Of a stretch of 64,000 nucleotides of DNA, positions 37,021-51,034 are shown piece by piece. Within the stretch, counting starts at the first letter, position 1, and each line of letters begins with the position of its first letter. The notes under the pieces are model-generated. The model had not been told where the DNA came from. It did not search any database and saw only the letters and a list, made by a program, of their open reading frames with translations. The translations under genes and the position numbers were made by a program. This DNA comes from Callorhinchus milii (lineage: Eukaryota): NCBI RefSeq assembly GCF_018977255.1, contig NW_024704742.1:116314001-116378000 (forward strand). Direction: 5' to 3'.

Positions 37021-40000
37021 TATAATGGCCCATGTCAGTGTGATTTAGTAGCAGGTAATGCAACATGGATTTGACTTATTGATCACAGCAAATTGTTGGT
37101 TTCCTTAACTAATTTTTTCTCCTCTTCTACTCCTGGAGCCATTTGATTATATTTCTTACTATTGGGCTATATTTCAATTGTTAGCCTCAACAGTAAGTGT
37201 TGGCAGTGAGTGTCGACAATTTAGTCTCTTGGGCATCATACGCATGCCAATCCTCACCTCCACGACTTTTGCACCTTCCAGGTATGTCACCAGATAGCAG
37301 TTAGAACAGACACCCTGGACGGTTTTCATCTTTGTCACTCAGTGTCCTGACATCATCTTAACTGAGCCCAATAAGCCCTAAACCTTCCTGGTCTGTAGGG
37401 CACTGGATAAAGTCACTGAGCTAAGTGGGGAATACTGTGCGAAAGGATCAAAAATAATTATCAACTGCTTTGACTGCAGGTAGGGAATGTTGCAGTCTGT
37501 GCTTCCTGGCTCTGGGACGCTACCCGGCATGAGGGATGTTATATGTGGCAATGATGTGGGTACAGGCATCTTCACACCTGCAAGACATGTGGCCTTGGGA
37601 GACCTGAGAACTGCTGAATTTTCTTTCCAATGCCAATAAATGTCCTCACATGCAGATAACTATGAGACTGAAAGAGATAGATCCATGTGTTATCAACAAG
37701 AATTTATCTTTTTTTTATCAAAATAGAGTTAATGAACTCCGCATGGTTTATTATGGAGGTCAGAAACAATGAGATGAAAATAGTAACTTATGATATGATG
37801 GTTATTATCAGCAATAATTATCATACTGTCCAAAATTTAAGTTGAACCAATCAATAATGACACATACACACCTCCAGCACAAGTCACAGTGGTTGTGCCT
37901 GAAGCCACTAGCAGCTGCCACTGAAATTGCTTTTCAGTGTTGCTTCACAGGATGGTGGTTTAACTCAGCCTGAGTCAGAAGATAACAAGATTCAGAGGCA
38001 GAAGGCCCTTGGGCCTATCTGATCTCATCCTTCCAGAATACCCATCTTATCCTCCTCCTATCAAGATCAAGCTGTTTTTTTAAATGACTCTCATATCCTG
38101 GCCTCAACCACCCTTTCTGTTAACCTGTTCCAGTCATTAATTACCAGAAAGGCCTTTGGTGTTTGTCCTAAAACTGCCCTTTGTAATTCCCTGCCTCATT
38201 CCTTTGCCTTGCCTGCCCAATACTTCCTGGTGTTTGTCCTGAAATTGTCCTTTGCAAACCAAAAGCAAGCTGAGTTCAGCCTGTATCCCATGAAGAAGCA
38301 ATAAAATGTGGCAACACCAATGGCGACCAATCGTGGCTTTGGGCCTGACCTTTCTGCTAAAGTTAGGAGTGGGTGGGAAGGAGGCGGGGAGGGGGAGGGT
38401 TAGTCTTCACTTACCGTCTGTTCTGACTGCAATCTTAAACAATGTGATAATTATCAGATCACAGATTACCATTTTTAATCCAAAGATCCATTGGCTTCCC
38501 ACCCATCCCCAGCCCCCACTCCCCCCGAACAATACGGGGGGGTGGGGGTCCATCTATATCCACAGAGAAGCCGTGCTCGGCGCCTGCCGATTATCCTTTC
38601 AGCTAACCCAATTCAGATAAAGAGGTGAGTGACTTTTGGAAGTTGTAAATAAGGCTTCCAGTGTGTGGCTATCCTAAACACCAGATGGCGATTAGGAAGG
38701 GCTGGTGATGAAAAAGTGCACTAATCAGAGCCAATGAAGGTCTGATGAACCTAACGTAAAACAGCAGTGAGTTTACAGGATACAGATAGCAGCGATGTCG
38801 GCAGATCAGAAATTTCTTCTTGTTAATGGGAGTCTGTCATTCTTCCTGGGGGAGTTGATAATGACAAGCAGCAGTTGATTTCGGACCTCATTCAAAAGCC
38901 CCTTTCTTCATTTGACACAAGGAGCGAGGTGTCAAATGCCAGCTGGCACCTGGGGTGTCACAGGAAGAGCTCTGCCCCATACACAAAAGCAGGGGCTGTA
39001 ATCTAATTTTCAGTTCAAATGAATGTAAATCTGTTTACTCGTGGCTAGCTGCCGGGCAATTACAAAATGTGAAAGGTCACCTATTGGAAGAGAGTCGGCT
39101 GGTGTTGAAATCCAATAATGTTTGTTTGAAGCAAATTATATTGCCTGACAGGGGAATAAAATAGCATCTCAATACCAAGTTAATCAGCGTGCTAAGGTTT
39201 AGAACATCAGTTCATTCAGAGTCCCAATTGCTGAGCCATATCCCAGGACTTTTCATGTATCTCCCCCATGGCTCCCGAGGCTTTGATTATGCACACAGCA
39301 GGACAGCAGTTAATTGGGGGCAGAAGCGGCTGAGACATGCATTTGAAGCTGCCTTGAACCCAGGTAGCCTCTGCTTTATCTTTTACGATATTTCCTGTGT
39401 CAGATTGTTTTTGCACCTTTCTATAAAATTAAATAAAAGCTTATGCTCTCAGGGTTCTGATGTGACCCGTATAAATTCAGCCGGATTACTTTGGGATTCT
39501 AGATAATTGAAGGTGATTTGTCTCTGGCTGTGTGGGTAATAGAACTGTGTTTTGTTTCAGATATGTGACCTGAAATGCTACAGATCCACTCAGTGTTATC
39601 CGAGACAGAGACCCAATGATGTATGGCAGAGGAAGCTAGCAAGGAAATGATTATCGGTTTCCTGCTCAAGCTTCACACTTCAGCTCTGCTTGAAATTGGC
39701 AACCCATAACTAGAAAAAAATCAAAGAGTCGTGTACGGGGGGGAATGGGGTAGGAGATATGAATTTGCAAACTGTTGTACAACGGTTTTACCCACAAAAT
39801 ACGTGAATCAATTCACTTTACAGTATATTCTGTGAAGCACTTTGATACATCTCAATGATGTGATAAGGAAGGCGCTATATCAAATTATTATACAAATACA
39901 CAAGTGACTATTTTGTTTTCTCTTCTACATTTCTTCACTTAATTTTTTGTAATAATTTTTTATTACAAAAATAAATTTTGCATAATACCTTTCACGTCAG

Positions 40001-42221
40001 GAGGACGTCCCGATGTGCTTCACAGGATGTACGTATAAACTGAAGTGACTGAGGTTTGTGGAGTTTTCTCTTCAAGGCAGGGTAAAACTCCATATTCAGG
40101 AGTGTTTTTTCATTCAATATCAGCCAATTCTTCACACTGGCTGACATTGAAGGGTTACTCAATCATGGGTGTTATTTCAAATACAAAGTTTATTATAGTA
40201 CAGTATTGTGAATACATGCACAAGACTTTTCTTTTGCTGCCTTCTCTCCTTCCATTGTTCTTTCCTTCTATGTCTGACTACCCCGACCCAATCCCATGAG
40301 CAGCTGGTCTGCAGATATCTGTGGATGTATTTGTATGTGTTCTGACTGTGATTTTGTCATTAGCTTCTTCTTTAGGTCCTCTTTCTGTTCAATGTTTGCT
40401 GAAAGACCTTGAATATCACATTTTTGTCCCTGTCATCAGTTTATTTTGATCAGTATATAAAACACATGGAATTCTTGCTGTAAAGGTACACATTAAATTC
40501 CAAGTCATAGTTCAGTGTTTAATAATTCACTCTGGATGTCGCAGATAAGCACAATGTTTCCATGGGGAACAAATTTCCAGTAACTGTAAGAGTTATTATA
40601 GTAAAGATGCATTACATACAGATGGCTGGGTAGCAAACCACTCTCTATGCTCATTTTTTAAACACAATTCCCTATAGTTGAAAAGCAGTGAATTGCACAT
40701 TCAATGGAGCCCTAGGGACTGTTTAATGGGGATTTCAAAATCATTCCCCATATGTCTGTGTGTGCTACGAAAGGGCAGAGTAATTCACTGTTTCACAGTG
40801 TATTACCATAGCAAGCTGACATGAGGACGAGCGTACAGAAGGCAGAATATACTGTAAACCTCACAAATGTAACATACTTCAATATTTCACCACCCTTTAT
40901 AACAGAGATTTGGCTTCTTTCGGACTTAAATGCTTATGGTCTCAGTCTTTTTCAAGGATTATGGGAAAACTGGCTCCTAAATTAAGCCTAAATTTAACAA
41001 ATTTTAAACAATCCTCTGGGAACTTATTTTTTAAGTCAATGGTCTTAAGGCTAAAACCCAGAGATATTCCAGGGCCTCTTCACATGCATATTGGATAATA
41101 CATATGTACAAAACAAAATAAATTTGTCACTTCATGGTTGTTTGTGTGCACAAATTAGCTGCCACCTTCACTTACAAAATAGTCACTGCACTTTACAGGA
41201 TATTCTGTGAAACACTTTCATACATCCTCCCGAAACTCTGGAACACTCTTTCTCTATCCCTCCACCTTACCCCTTCCTTCCCCATTTTCAAATTGCACCT
41301 GAAGACCTTCCTGTTTCATTGTGCCTATGGGCACCTCCCCCTGCCCCGGGCTCGGTGTCATGCTCTGCCATCGTCAAGCACTCTGGGACACGATACTCTT
41401 TGAGGGGCTCTATATGAATGTGAAAGGCGGTATATCGCATCTAAGGATTATCAATAGTGTCGATGATGTTATTGAGGTAGAGAGATAGCAGGTATTATAA
41501 TACCACTGGGACGAGCTAAAAATATTACAGCTAATATTTTAATTGGATTGAAATACTAGTGATTTGGTGGTATCTGATGAGAGATCCAATGTCTTTTTAA
41601 TCATTGGGAATCTCAGCCACAGCATACATCAAACTGACCAAAGTCAGGTAGCGTAAGGCACACTATTTACTGACTGGTGACTCCCTCAGAGGCTGAGGAC
41701 CAGGTTAATTAAGGCTGCTGGTAAGTTAGGTGGGGCACTGTTTCTGCTTTTGAAGTTCAGTATCAGCAGATGAAAGATTTATAGTTTTAATTTTAGTAAG
41801 AGCACTTCCCACTGACAGGATAATTATGTTTCAAGGGGGGTGATGCTCTCTGTTCAGTGTCATGAATTAAAGGGGCACAGGCGCTGAATGTGTCTGACGA
41901 TAATCTAAAAGGATATTCCTTCCACCATTCCAGAATGCTGCACTTTAATCTAATGCTGGACTGTGGTTACTTGATAAGAGTGGCATTGGAAAGTGTCAGT
42001 GTATCTCAAAGTCCTTTGTGTTGTTGGTGAAACTACCACAAAGACAGACACCACACCATGTTTCAACATGTTATGATGCTGTAGTAATGCAGGGCTTTTT
42101 CTCTTGTAGCAATGAGCCTGGCCCCGGCCATGGCCACAGCCTCAGCCCCAGCTTCAGCTCCAGCCCAGGCTCCTTACGGAGGGACCCCGAATGTTCTTGG
42201 TGCCCAGAGTCCCAATAATTC

Positions 42222-42563
42222 TGAATCCCTTCATATCTTGGTACCTCCCTACCTGCTTACACCCAACCCACTACCTCCCTCTGGTCGACTGGCTCCAGCC
42301 TCCTGTATGTATCTCGTGCCCTCCACTCCAACATCGGTGTCCACGCTTTCAGCCACTACATCCAGAAACTCTGGAATACTCTTCCGTTATCCCACCTTGT
42401 CCCTTTCTTCCCCATCTTCATATCATGCCTAAAGATCTTCTTCTTCGACTGTGCCTATGGTCCCCTCCCCCTTACCCCGCTCGGCGTCGGACTCTGCCAC
42501 TGTCAAGCACTTTGGGACACAAACCTATTTGAGGGGCATTATATGAATGCAAGTTGTTGTTGC
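42222..42563 (+). mobile_element. L2 3' fragment
   Basis: SLH.L.PPYL codons, aaactctggaatactctt, (ttg)n tail. Confidence 0.8.
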
Positions 42564-43349
42564 TGAATCTGGCTTTGCCCTTGCAGAGATTAGACAAAGA
42601 TGGTTTGGGTTACCAGGTGTAACATTTGTGGGTTGAGATACCTATGTCCAAACACAAACAGTTACATGGGAATGTGAAAGGTTACACAATTACCCGGAAT
42701 CCTTTTAGTTTATTTATTACTTACATAAATAAAAGACACCTGTAGAATTCCATCTATACTCAAAGACAAGGCACCCACAAATTTTGCACACGGGTTGTTA
42801 GCCCAGCCAGCAAATTAGACTCAATTGTTTTAGACCTGTCATTGTCTTCTGATACTTTAACCCATGAGAGAATTTGAAACTGTTAAGTTTGAAAGGTCCA
42901 TTAAGGAAAGTGGAACACATGACAACATCTTATTCATTCATCTGCAAATTAATTTAATAGATTATTCTGTGAAGCCGTTTTGCTTGACTGTGAAAGAGAA
43001 AACTACCGGTAAAGTGAAGTGGACCAAGATTTCAGAGTAAAGAAGATGACTTGTTGCTGTCAGTCACAATAGGTGGTTTTTGGATTAAATGGCTGTAGTT
43101 TTGTCCTGTGATGTTTCTGGATTGTTAATTTACATTGCTTTTGAATCCTGGCAGTCTAAGGGACACAAAAATAGGGCACATTAACCTATGATGTTCACCT
43201 ATAAAATACACGGTCACTACAATTAACAGATATGGTCTTAGACAGTAAACACTGAGACATATTGATCTTATAGGTGTTATATCAAATGCAAGGATTATGA
43301 ATATTATTAACAAGCACGAAGGACATTGAGCATATTACCCACTCTAAAG

Positions 43350-43640
43350 TTCCACCGGGTCTGGCCTCCTCCTTGCCCCTCGAGTCCTCCGCTCTATTCT
43401 CGGTGGCCGTGCTTTCATCCACTACGCCCTGAGCCTCTGGAACTCCCTTCCTCACTCCCTTCACCTCGTCCCCTCTCTTCCTATTTTCAGGTCTAGGTTG
43501 AAGACATTTCTTTTCGACCGCACCTTTGGTCACCTACCTCCCCCTCCCCCTGGCTCGGCCCTGGGATCTGTTACAGTGAAGTGCTCTGAGACACCGCCTG
43601 GCGTGGAGGGCACTGTATAAATCCAAGTTGTTGTTGTTGT
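43350..43640 (+). mobile_element. L2 3' fragment
   Basis: ggtggccgtgctttcatccactacgcccctgagcctctggaactccc-type body and (ttg)n tail. Confidence 0.82.
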
Positions 43641-45180
43641 AAAGTGTTGATTAGTGCTGGGCAATGTTTCCCCGCTGGTTAGCGTTGGTCATGTGTGTTG
43701 ACTTTCTCTGGAGCTGTGATGATCGATTTATGGAGAACTGGAAGATGTGGTCGAGGAAACATCTGGGTTTCAGGCTCCAATTTATTCTCTTTGGGCTACA
43801 GTTTATTGGTAGGTTGTTTTGTGGCCTGAGTTTAATCTGAACCATTAATCTTCCATCGAATCAACATCATATTTGTTCATCCACAAAACATACAGTCACT
43901 CCACTTTACATTATATCCTGGGAAGCCTTTTGGGTCATCCTCTTGACGTGAAAGGCACCATACCAAATATAAGTATTATTATTATATAACTAAAACGTTT
44001 GGTGAAATCCTGTATATCCTGTATATACTCAATAGAGTGTGACAGGATATGCTCTTCCTTTCCCCCCTTTCTTTAGAAATCGAATGCATGGATTATTATT
44101 TAGAAATTCAATATGAATAAATGGTAAATATGATTTTCGGTTAGAATTGTCAGTAACAAAATAAACAGGGATACAGCTGAACTGTGTGGCTATATCGGAG
44201 CCAAGGCTTTGTGAGTAAAGAGGGTTGTTATGTTGACGCTGCAGTATGTATTGATGAATGTACCACTAAAGAAGACAGAAAAAAACAAGTGAACAAAGCA
44301 GCACTTAGTTTTACGAGAATTGCAGGGGATTATATAAAAATGCTATCTCTTCTGACTGATCTATGCAAAGTATGAATGGAGTTGCGTCCACCAGAGCTAG
44401 AATTTAATCTGGGAAATCTGTAACATGTATAATATGCAGCGACCTGTTTTGAAAGAGAATGGCATTCTGTGACCTATTGGTCAATGGAGAGAAGTACCTT
44501 TAATATAAAGTGGTAAAGTACCTTAATGTACACACACACAACACTCACACACAGCACAAACCTGTGACCTCGGATGATATATCTTGTCCGGGTCCATATC
44601 CGACTGGCTGCCATTAAAGTTATTGGGAGTCAATATTTTCCTGGCAGGACTATTTACTAAATCACTGGGAAAACTCACTGCTCTGAGTCAAACTAGTATG
44701 TTAGCATCTTGAATGCCCACCAGAACAAGCAGACAACAGACACTTCAATTTAATGCCCTCACCTGAGAGTCATCACCTCCAACAATGCAGCGCTCTCTCA
44801 ATACTCTCTCAGTACTCCCTGAAGTGAAGTGCCAGCCTAGATTATCCTGCGGTGGGGTTCAAACCCATCATTTTTGTTCAAGATCATGTAGGAAGTTGGA
44901 AATGAGAGTAAGAACTGACTCATCTCTGTATCTGTTATCAAGACAGAGCCACTGAGGTCACTTTCAAACACAAGTTTAAACCAGGTATATTTTTGATCAG
45001 TCGAATGTCTGACACTTGTGGAAACCTATTGCCATGGTTGAGTATTCAAACAAGACTTAGAGTTCCGCATGGTGTATGCCACTTATACATGTGAAATTTG
45101 TTGCATCTGGAATGGGATCAACAATGCCCTGGAGGTTTTCTTTACTCAGAGGGTAATTAATGACTGGAACTGGTTGCCAG

Positions 45181-45390
45181 GAACGTAAGAAATAGGAGCA
45201 GGAGTAGGCCATTTGGCCCCTCGAGTCTGCCCTGCCATTTAATAAGATCATGGCTGATCTAACCTAATTCCATTTACCTGCCCTATCTCCATAACCCTTA
45301 ATCCCTTTAGTTTTTAAAAATCTATCGATCTCAGTCTTAAATATGTTCAATGACTGAGCATCCACAGCCTTCTGAGGTGAAGAATTTCAT
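45181..45390 (-). mobile_element. Younger CR1 3' end inserted antiparallel into an older plus-strand CR1 relic (~45125-45535)
   Basis: aataggagcaggagtaggccatt... is the reverse complement of the CR1 3'UTR; flanks tggaactggttgccag / ataaagatgattgaggct join into one older CR1. Confidence 0.8.
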
Positions 45391-46029
45391 AAATAAAGAT
45401 GATTGAGGCTAAGATACTGGACTCATTTGAAAAGCAGCTTAATGCTGTGATGGGAGGATGGTAGGTGGCTGTTCTGGAGGTTAAGTGAGATGGGCTGAAG
45501 GGTTGCTTCATTTGAACTGATCTTGTGATCTTGAGGAAGCATGTACAAGGTTTGTTGTGGCAAGAGAAACACGATCACCATAGTGCTTATGGGATATCTC
45601 AGTATTTTATATAATAGCTGATCACATCCTAATTACTGTTTTTAGCATGTATAGAAAACCACACATATGGCTTCCTTTTCTCTGTGTCAGACACTGCAGA
45701 AGCTAAGAGCCCAGGATGAAAGGAATGGCTGAGGTATATATAGGCTGCTGGCACTGCCTTTGTCACACTAAACCTCTGCTCTCTGAAGAAGAAAATCAGG
45801 TTTGCGTTCTTGTGTTTACATATCAGATTGTAATACATGAGGTGTGAAGTGGAACAGAAGGAACCCACAAGCAGGTATCTGATTTCAGATACAGAAATGA
45901 AACGTTTCCAGCATCAACACTGACAAATACTTAAGATGATGAAACTCTTAAGATTATTCTTCACCCGATTATATTCATGGGTCAAAATTATAGTATTTAA
46001 CACATTCCCTTCTTTATTTACTGACTCAT

Positions 46030-46446
46030 ATTGTAGGACTGTGACCCCCGAGATAGAAGGTTGTGCATTCAAGCTCCAAATCGGGACTTTGAACTCACAA
46101 GTCTAGGCTGACACCTCCATTGCAGTGCTGGGGTGTGCTATATTGGTGGATGTACCATTCTTCAGATGAGATATTAAACCAAGGTTCCATCTGCCTCATC
46201 AAGTGGACCTTAAAGATCCGATTATTCAAAATGAGAGGAGAGTTTCTCCCAGAGTCCTGGCCAACAATCCTCCAAATAAAATTGATTAGTCACTTTATGA
46301 CTGTTGGATATTATTGTATGCCGATTGGCAGCCATGTTTACCTACAAAATACACAGTCACTACAACTTATAGTATAGCCTATGAAATGCTTTGAGATGTT
46401 TCGATGATGTGATAATGCACTATATCAAGCACAGGATTACTATTAT
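46030..46446 (+). mobile_element. Near full-length Deu-domain SINE (SacSINE1-like)
   Basis: tRNA-like head (agaaggttgtgcattcaag), tctaggctgacacctcca, Deu core cagatgagatattaaaccaagg...gtggaccttaaagatcc...gtcctggccaac, SINE tail. Confidence 0.75.
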
Positions 46447-49259
46447 TTAAGGAGCAAATGGTTTGAAATACCCCCTTCCCCCCACCACCCTTAACGTCTG
46501 AATAATAGTAATGCACAAAACCTCACAGGAAAGTAGTGGACAACACAGAGATTTCTATGGTTCTGGTATCTTCTATGGCTGTACATTTCCATACTTCAGT
46601 AGGGAATTGAGATGAAAGTGGACAGCTTGTTGGAGGAGTAAACTATTATGTCATGTATCTCTATGGTACTACCTTCAAATCCAGCTTAGAAGCAAACGTA
46701 TTCAAGCAGCTAAGTAACCCTTCTGAAGCTTTTTCAGGGAATACTGGCTTTTCTCAGTCTGTGCTGTGCATTATCTTGTGAACAAGCTCAGAAAAGACAC
46801 TTTCACATGTACAAACTGCAATTGAGGTCTCGCTGAAATCCTAGTTCTAACCTTTTTTAAAAAAAATCCCACTGTTTGTCCAGCAAGGATCATTCTATCA
46901 GTTAAAGCAAGTGACAAATTCACAAGTGAGTTATAGAAGCATTTATTGTATTCCATTGCCAATTGTGGCATTGTGTGGCTTGATGCTGTAATGGGAGGAT
47001 GGATATTCTGAAAGGATGAAGATAAAATAGGCCAAATGGCTTTCTTCATCCAAACCAACCTTGCGATCTTGTAATTCTGAGCTGTCGCATGAGTTTGAAT
47101 AACTTCCTCTTTAGAAAATTGATCAGCTATCCCCTTTGGTCAAAAATTCAAGTAGCAGTAAAGAGGTATCATTAATATTCACCTCACCTTGTTTTCTTTC
47201 CTTGTACTGACTTTTACCCTAATTTCTGTTGAACCTTGAGGAAATCATCTGGGCAATGAGATAAAAACATAAGAAATGATATCTCGAGACAGTCCTGTGG
47301 ATTCCTTACTGCAATGAGCTGTGTGCAAATTACAGTCATGAATTCTGTTGAATAATCGCAGGGAAGACCTCGGAGAAGTGCAAGCTGTGAAATTTCTCTT
47401 ATGGCAGAAGGTAACATAAAAATTCTGGGATGTCAGTGCAGCATTTTGATCAGCATTATTCATCCTGACTGGCTGCATTACAAAGATGGCAATGCTTTTT
47501 TCCCAGATCAATTGGATTCATAATACTCTCCATCTGATTATTTGTCCTCCTGACGCGAAGGGCACTATATAAATGCAATTTGTTGTTGTTGTGTGCACAT
47601 TATATTTAGAATAGCTCTGTTCTTAACTGGACATCTGTTTATCTGCTTTTCAAAGGGATTAACTACAATTGCATGAACTGCTTTTGACTGGAGCCTTATA
47701 CTCCATACATTATCTACTATTCTGTGGAGAAATAATACTTTAGTGCCAGTGAAGGGACAGTGATTTGTTGGGGTACAGCTCTGTTAAGGTAGACGCTCTC
47801 CAAAACTCCATCGAACTAACCATTCTTTGCTTGTGAGCCTACTGAGCGTATGTTACTCTTGAAAGGGCATCACAGCTCAGCCCTTTGTGTCCTTATCACT
47901 CGGCAGCAGTTACTGAGGCACAATCATAAATGGGAATCCTCATTGATTTTACCCTGCTCAGTCCAATGGCATTAATGTCAATTGTAGAATCCCCCAAGCT
48001 AGAAGGATTTGGGTCTATATCGTTCAGTTTCAAAGTTGGCAAAGAATTTATCATCTGGGCTATTTTATCAAGTGAACCACTGAGTAACATAGGATTATTT
48101 TATTCAATGACTTTTACCAGACCTGTACAGTCTTATGTTTCTATTGCTATGAATTTCTCTCTTTCCGTTTAAAATTTACAGAATTTGATTGTTTTCCCCT
48201 TTTTTCAGTTATTGCTTTCTCTCATCTGAGAACAGTGATTTAAAGTAAAATACAGTAATTTGCCACTTTTTATGTTTTCTAAAAGCTTTAGGTATAAAGC
48301 CCTTTCAAATGCCTTCTGAAAGAATACTGTACCTCACTCATCCATTAATTTGGTTGCTTCAAAGAATTCCAGTAGATTAGTGAGGCGTGACTTATTGCTT
48401 CTAAATGAAGCGGTTACTGAAGGATGTTACTGAGCCTCAAAGATTGAGGGACCTGAATTAACACACCCATTTGAAGCGGAAGCACCACTGTGATAATGAT
48501 TATCTCTATTGATGTTAATTGAGCTCCTTCAGCATCAGGCTCATTGGCTTATCTGAGCCAAGTCCCTGAAGCAACTCAGTGTCCACTATTTTTTTTAAAA
48601 AACTCTTAAGTTAAGGAAATTTAAAAGAAAAAAGGGGACATTTTAATATGAATTACAATTTGTAATAACTCTTAAAAGTGTTACTGATGGCAAAACACTC
48701 ATTACTCAGAAACAGTGTACTCTTAACTGAGGCCAGGAGGCATTTCTTCAAATAAATGGCTGCGATGAGGTGGAATGCACTGCCCCAGAAAACTGCAAAG
48801 GAAGGACCAATAGGGATGTTTAAAGAGAGATAGACAGGTACTTCAGTTATCAAAGGGTTTGACAAAAGGTTAGAGCATTAATTAAAAGGTCTGCAAGATC
48901 TAATAAACTGGTAGAACAGGCTTGATGAGCTGAATGGCCTCCTATGTATTTTAATTATTTGCAGTTTGTTTTAAGAAAGACTCTAGAATTAACATGAAGA
49001 GGCAATAGATTTGACAAAATTCTGAAACTGCCACTCACCAACTCTAGTAAAGAAATTCTGGCTGCTTTGAGTTAGTCTTCAAAGTCTGGAGATTCAGATA
49101 CCAGCAACTTTGTGAAATTTGAAAAAAACAAGAGTTGACAAGAATTGTGTGTGATCTTCATGTTGTCTGTAATTATTGTTCTTTTAGATAAGTCATTTGC
49201 ATTTTAAATTAAGAGATTCCTTAAGTATTGAATACTTAACCCAAAATCCTGTTCTTCAC

Positions 49260-51034
49260 TACCTACTATCTCCTCCACTCCCCCTCTCAAGCAACCCTCA
49301 ATCCTCACTTCTGATGCCAAGTGCAAAGAGGTCTTGGACATCTTTATCTCTAAGATAGATAACATCTGGCTGCCACCCCACCATGTTGCCTACCACATGT
49401 GGAGTCCTGTAGCTCAGTGGTTAGAGCACTCGCTTTGCAAGCGAGAGACCTGAGTTCAATTCCAGGCAGGTCAGGGCGAAACCTTGGGCAAGTTTCCTTA
49501 CTCCACACGCCTAATAATAATCCCTCCAAAACCCCCCAAAAATAATAAATTGGTCATTTTCAATCTACGACTGTTTGTGGGACATTGCTGTGCGCAATTG
49601 GCTGCCGCGTTCGCCCACAAATATGCAGTCAATTCAATTTACAGTGTGTTCTGTGAAGCGCTTTGGGACGTCCTCCCGACGTGAAAAGCGCTATGTCAAA
49701 TGCAAGGATTATTATTATTATTATTAAAACCACTGTCGTCACTCCTCTCCTTAAAGGTCTACCCTCAATCCCTCCAACCTCACAAACCAGACCTATCTCA
49801 AACCTACTCTTAACTGGCCAATGTGGAACGTGTTGTTGCAAATCAACTTCGCTTACACCTCTCCTCCACTCCCAATTCAACCCCCTCCAGTCCTGTTTTC
49901 ACCCTGCCCACAGCACAGACACAGCACTTGTCAAAGTAACAGATGACGCCCTCTCTCTGTGACCAGGGCTCCCTATGGTTTGCTAGTTCTCCTGGAACTC
50001 TCCGCCGTATTCAACATAGTCAATCATGCCATCCTCCTCCACCGATTCTCCTCCCTCAACCATCTTAGTGGGACCGCACTGGCATGTTTTTTCCTCCTGC
50101 CCCCGCTTGGTCACCCGCGGGGTACCCCAAAGCTCCATCCTTGGCCCGCGCTTCTTTTTTTCATCTAAGTGCTCCCTCTTGCCGATGTCATCCACAGACA
50201 TGAGGTCAACTTCCACATGGATGATACCCAAATCTACTTCTCCTCCAGCTGCAACTGCCAGTCTGCTGATGTCCTTCCACGGACATCATGGCCTGGATGA
50301 GCCCAAATTTCCTGCAGCTAAATGTCGGCGAGACGGAAGCCATACTCTTTGGCTCCCATCAATATCTTCTGTCCTGCGGGTGGAATGATACAATTGGAAT
50401 GAATTGAAACAAACGTAGGGTCCCTCAACCTCCCTGGGCTCTCCCTCAGACTCACCGAACCTGTACATGACTTAGGCATTAGGTTTCCTCCCCTGCTTTC
50501 CTTTCTACTCCACGTCAATTCCCTGACGAAGACTTCTTTTTTCCACCTCCATCACATTACCCACCTCCATATGTACCTTACAACCAACACAGCAGAAACT
50601 CTCGTCCATGCCTTTGTCACTTCCCGGCTGGACTATTCCAATGCTCTCCTCGCTGGTCTTCTCAGCTCCACCATATGCAAAATTCAATTAATCCAAAACT
50701 CCGCTGCCTGGATATTCACCCACATGAAACTCTGTATCTCCATCACACAATCCCTTCATTCCCTCGCATCTCCCTACCTATGCAATCTGCTTAGCCCCCA
50801 CTCCTCTACCCGCAGACTCCGCTTGGCTGGTTCCGATCTCCTAATTGTCCCTCGTCCTGTCCGCTCCACCATTGCTGGCCGTGCCTTCAGCCACTATGCC
50901 CCAAAACTCTGAAACTCTTTCCTCACCTCCCCTCTCCCCCTCCCTCTGGCTCGGCATCAGATTCCACCACTGTCAAGCGCTCCGGGATGCTACCCCGTGT
51001 GAAGGGCGCTATATAAATGTAAGTTGTTGTTGTT
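49260..51034 (+). mobile_element. 5'-truncated degenerate L2 LINE interrupted by a SINE
   Basis: VVTPLLK..RPISNL, QSCFHPAHSTDTALVKV, LVLLELSAVF, GVPQSSILGP, AETLVHAFVTSRLDYSNALLAGL; (ttg)n tail ending 51034. Confidence 0.92.
49399..49726 (+). mobile_element. Full-length tRNA-derived SINE nested in L2
   Basis: gtggagtcctgtagctcagtggttagagcactcgc...gagttcaattcc head; tail gggacgtcctcccgacgtgaaaagcgct...(att)n. Confidence 0.93.

Noticed and set aside
47896..48172. Overlapping ORFs in unique sequence
   Set aside because: No recognisable domain; frames after the nearest minus-strand acceptor stop quickly
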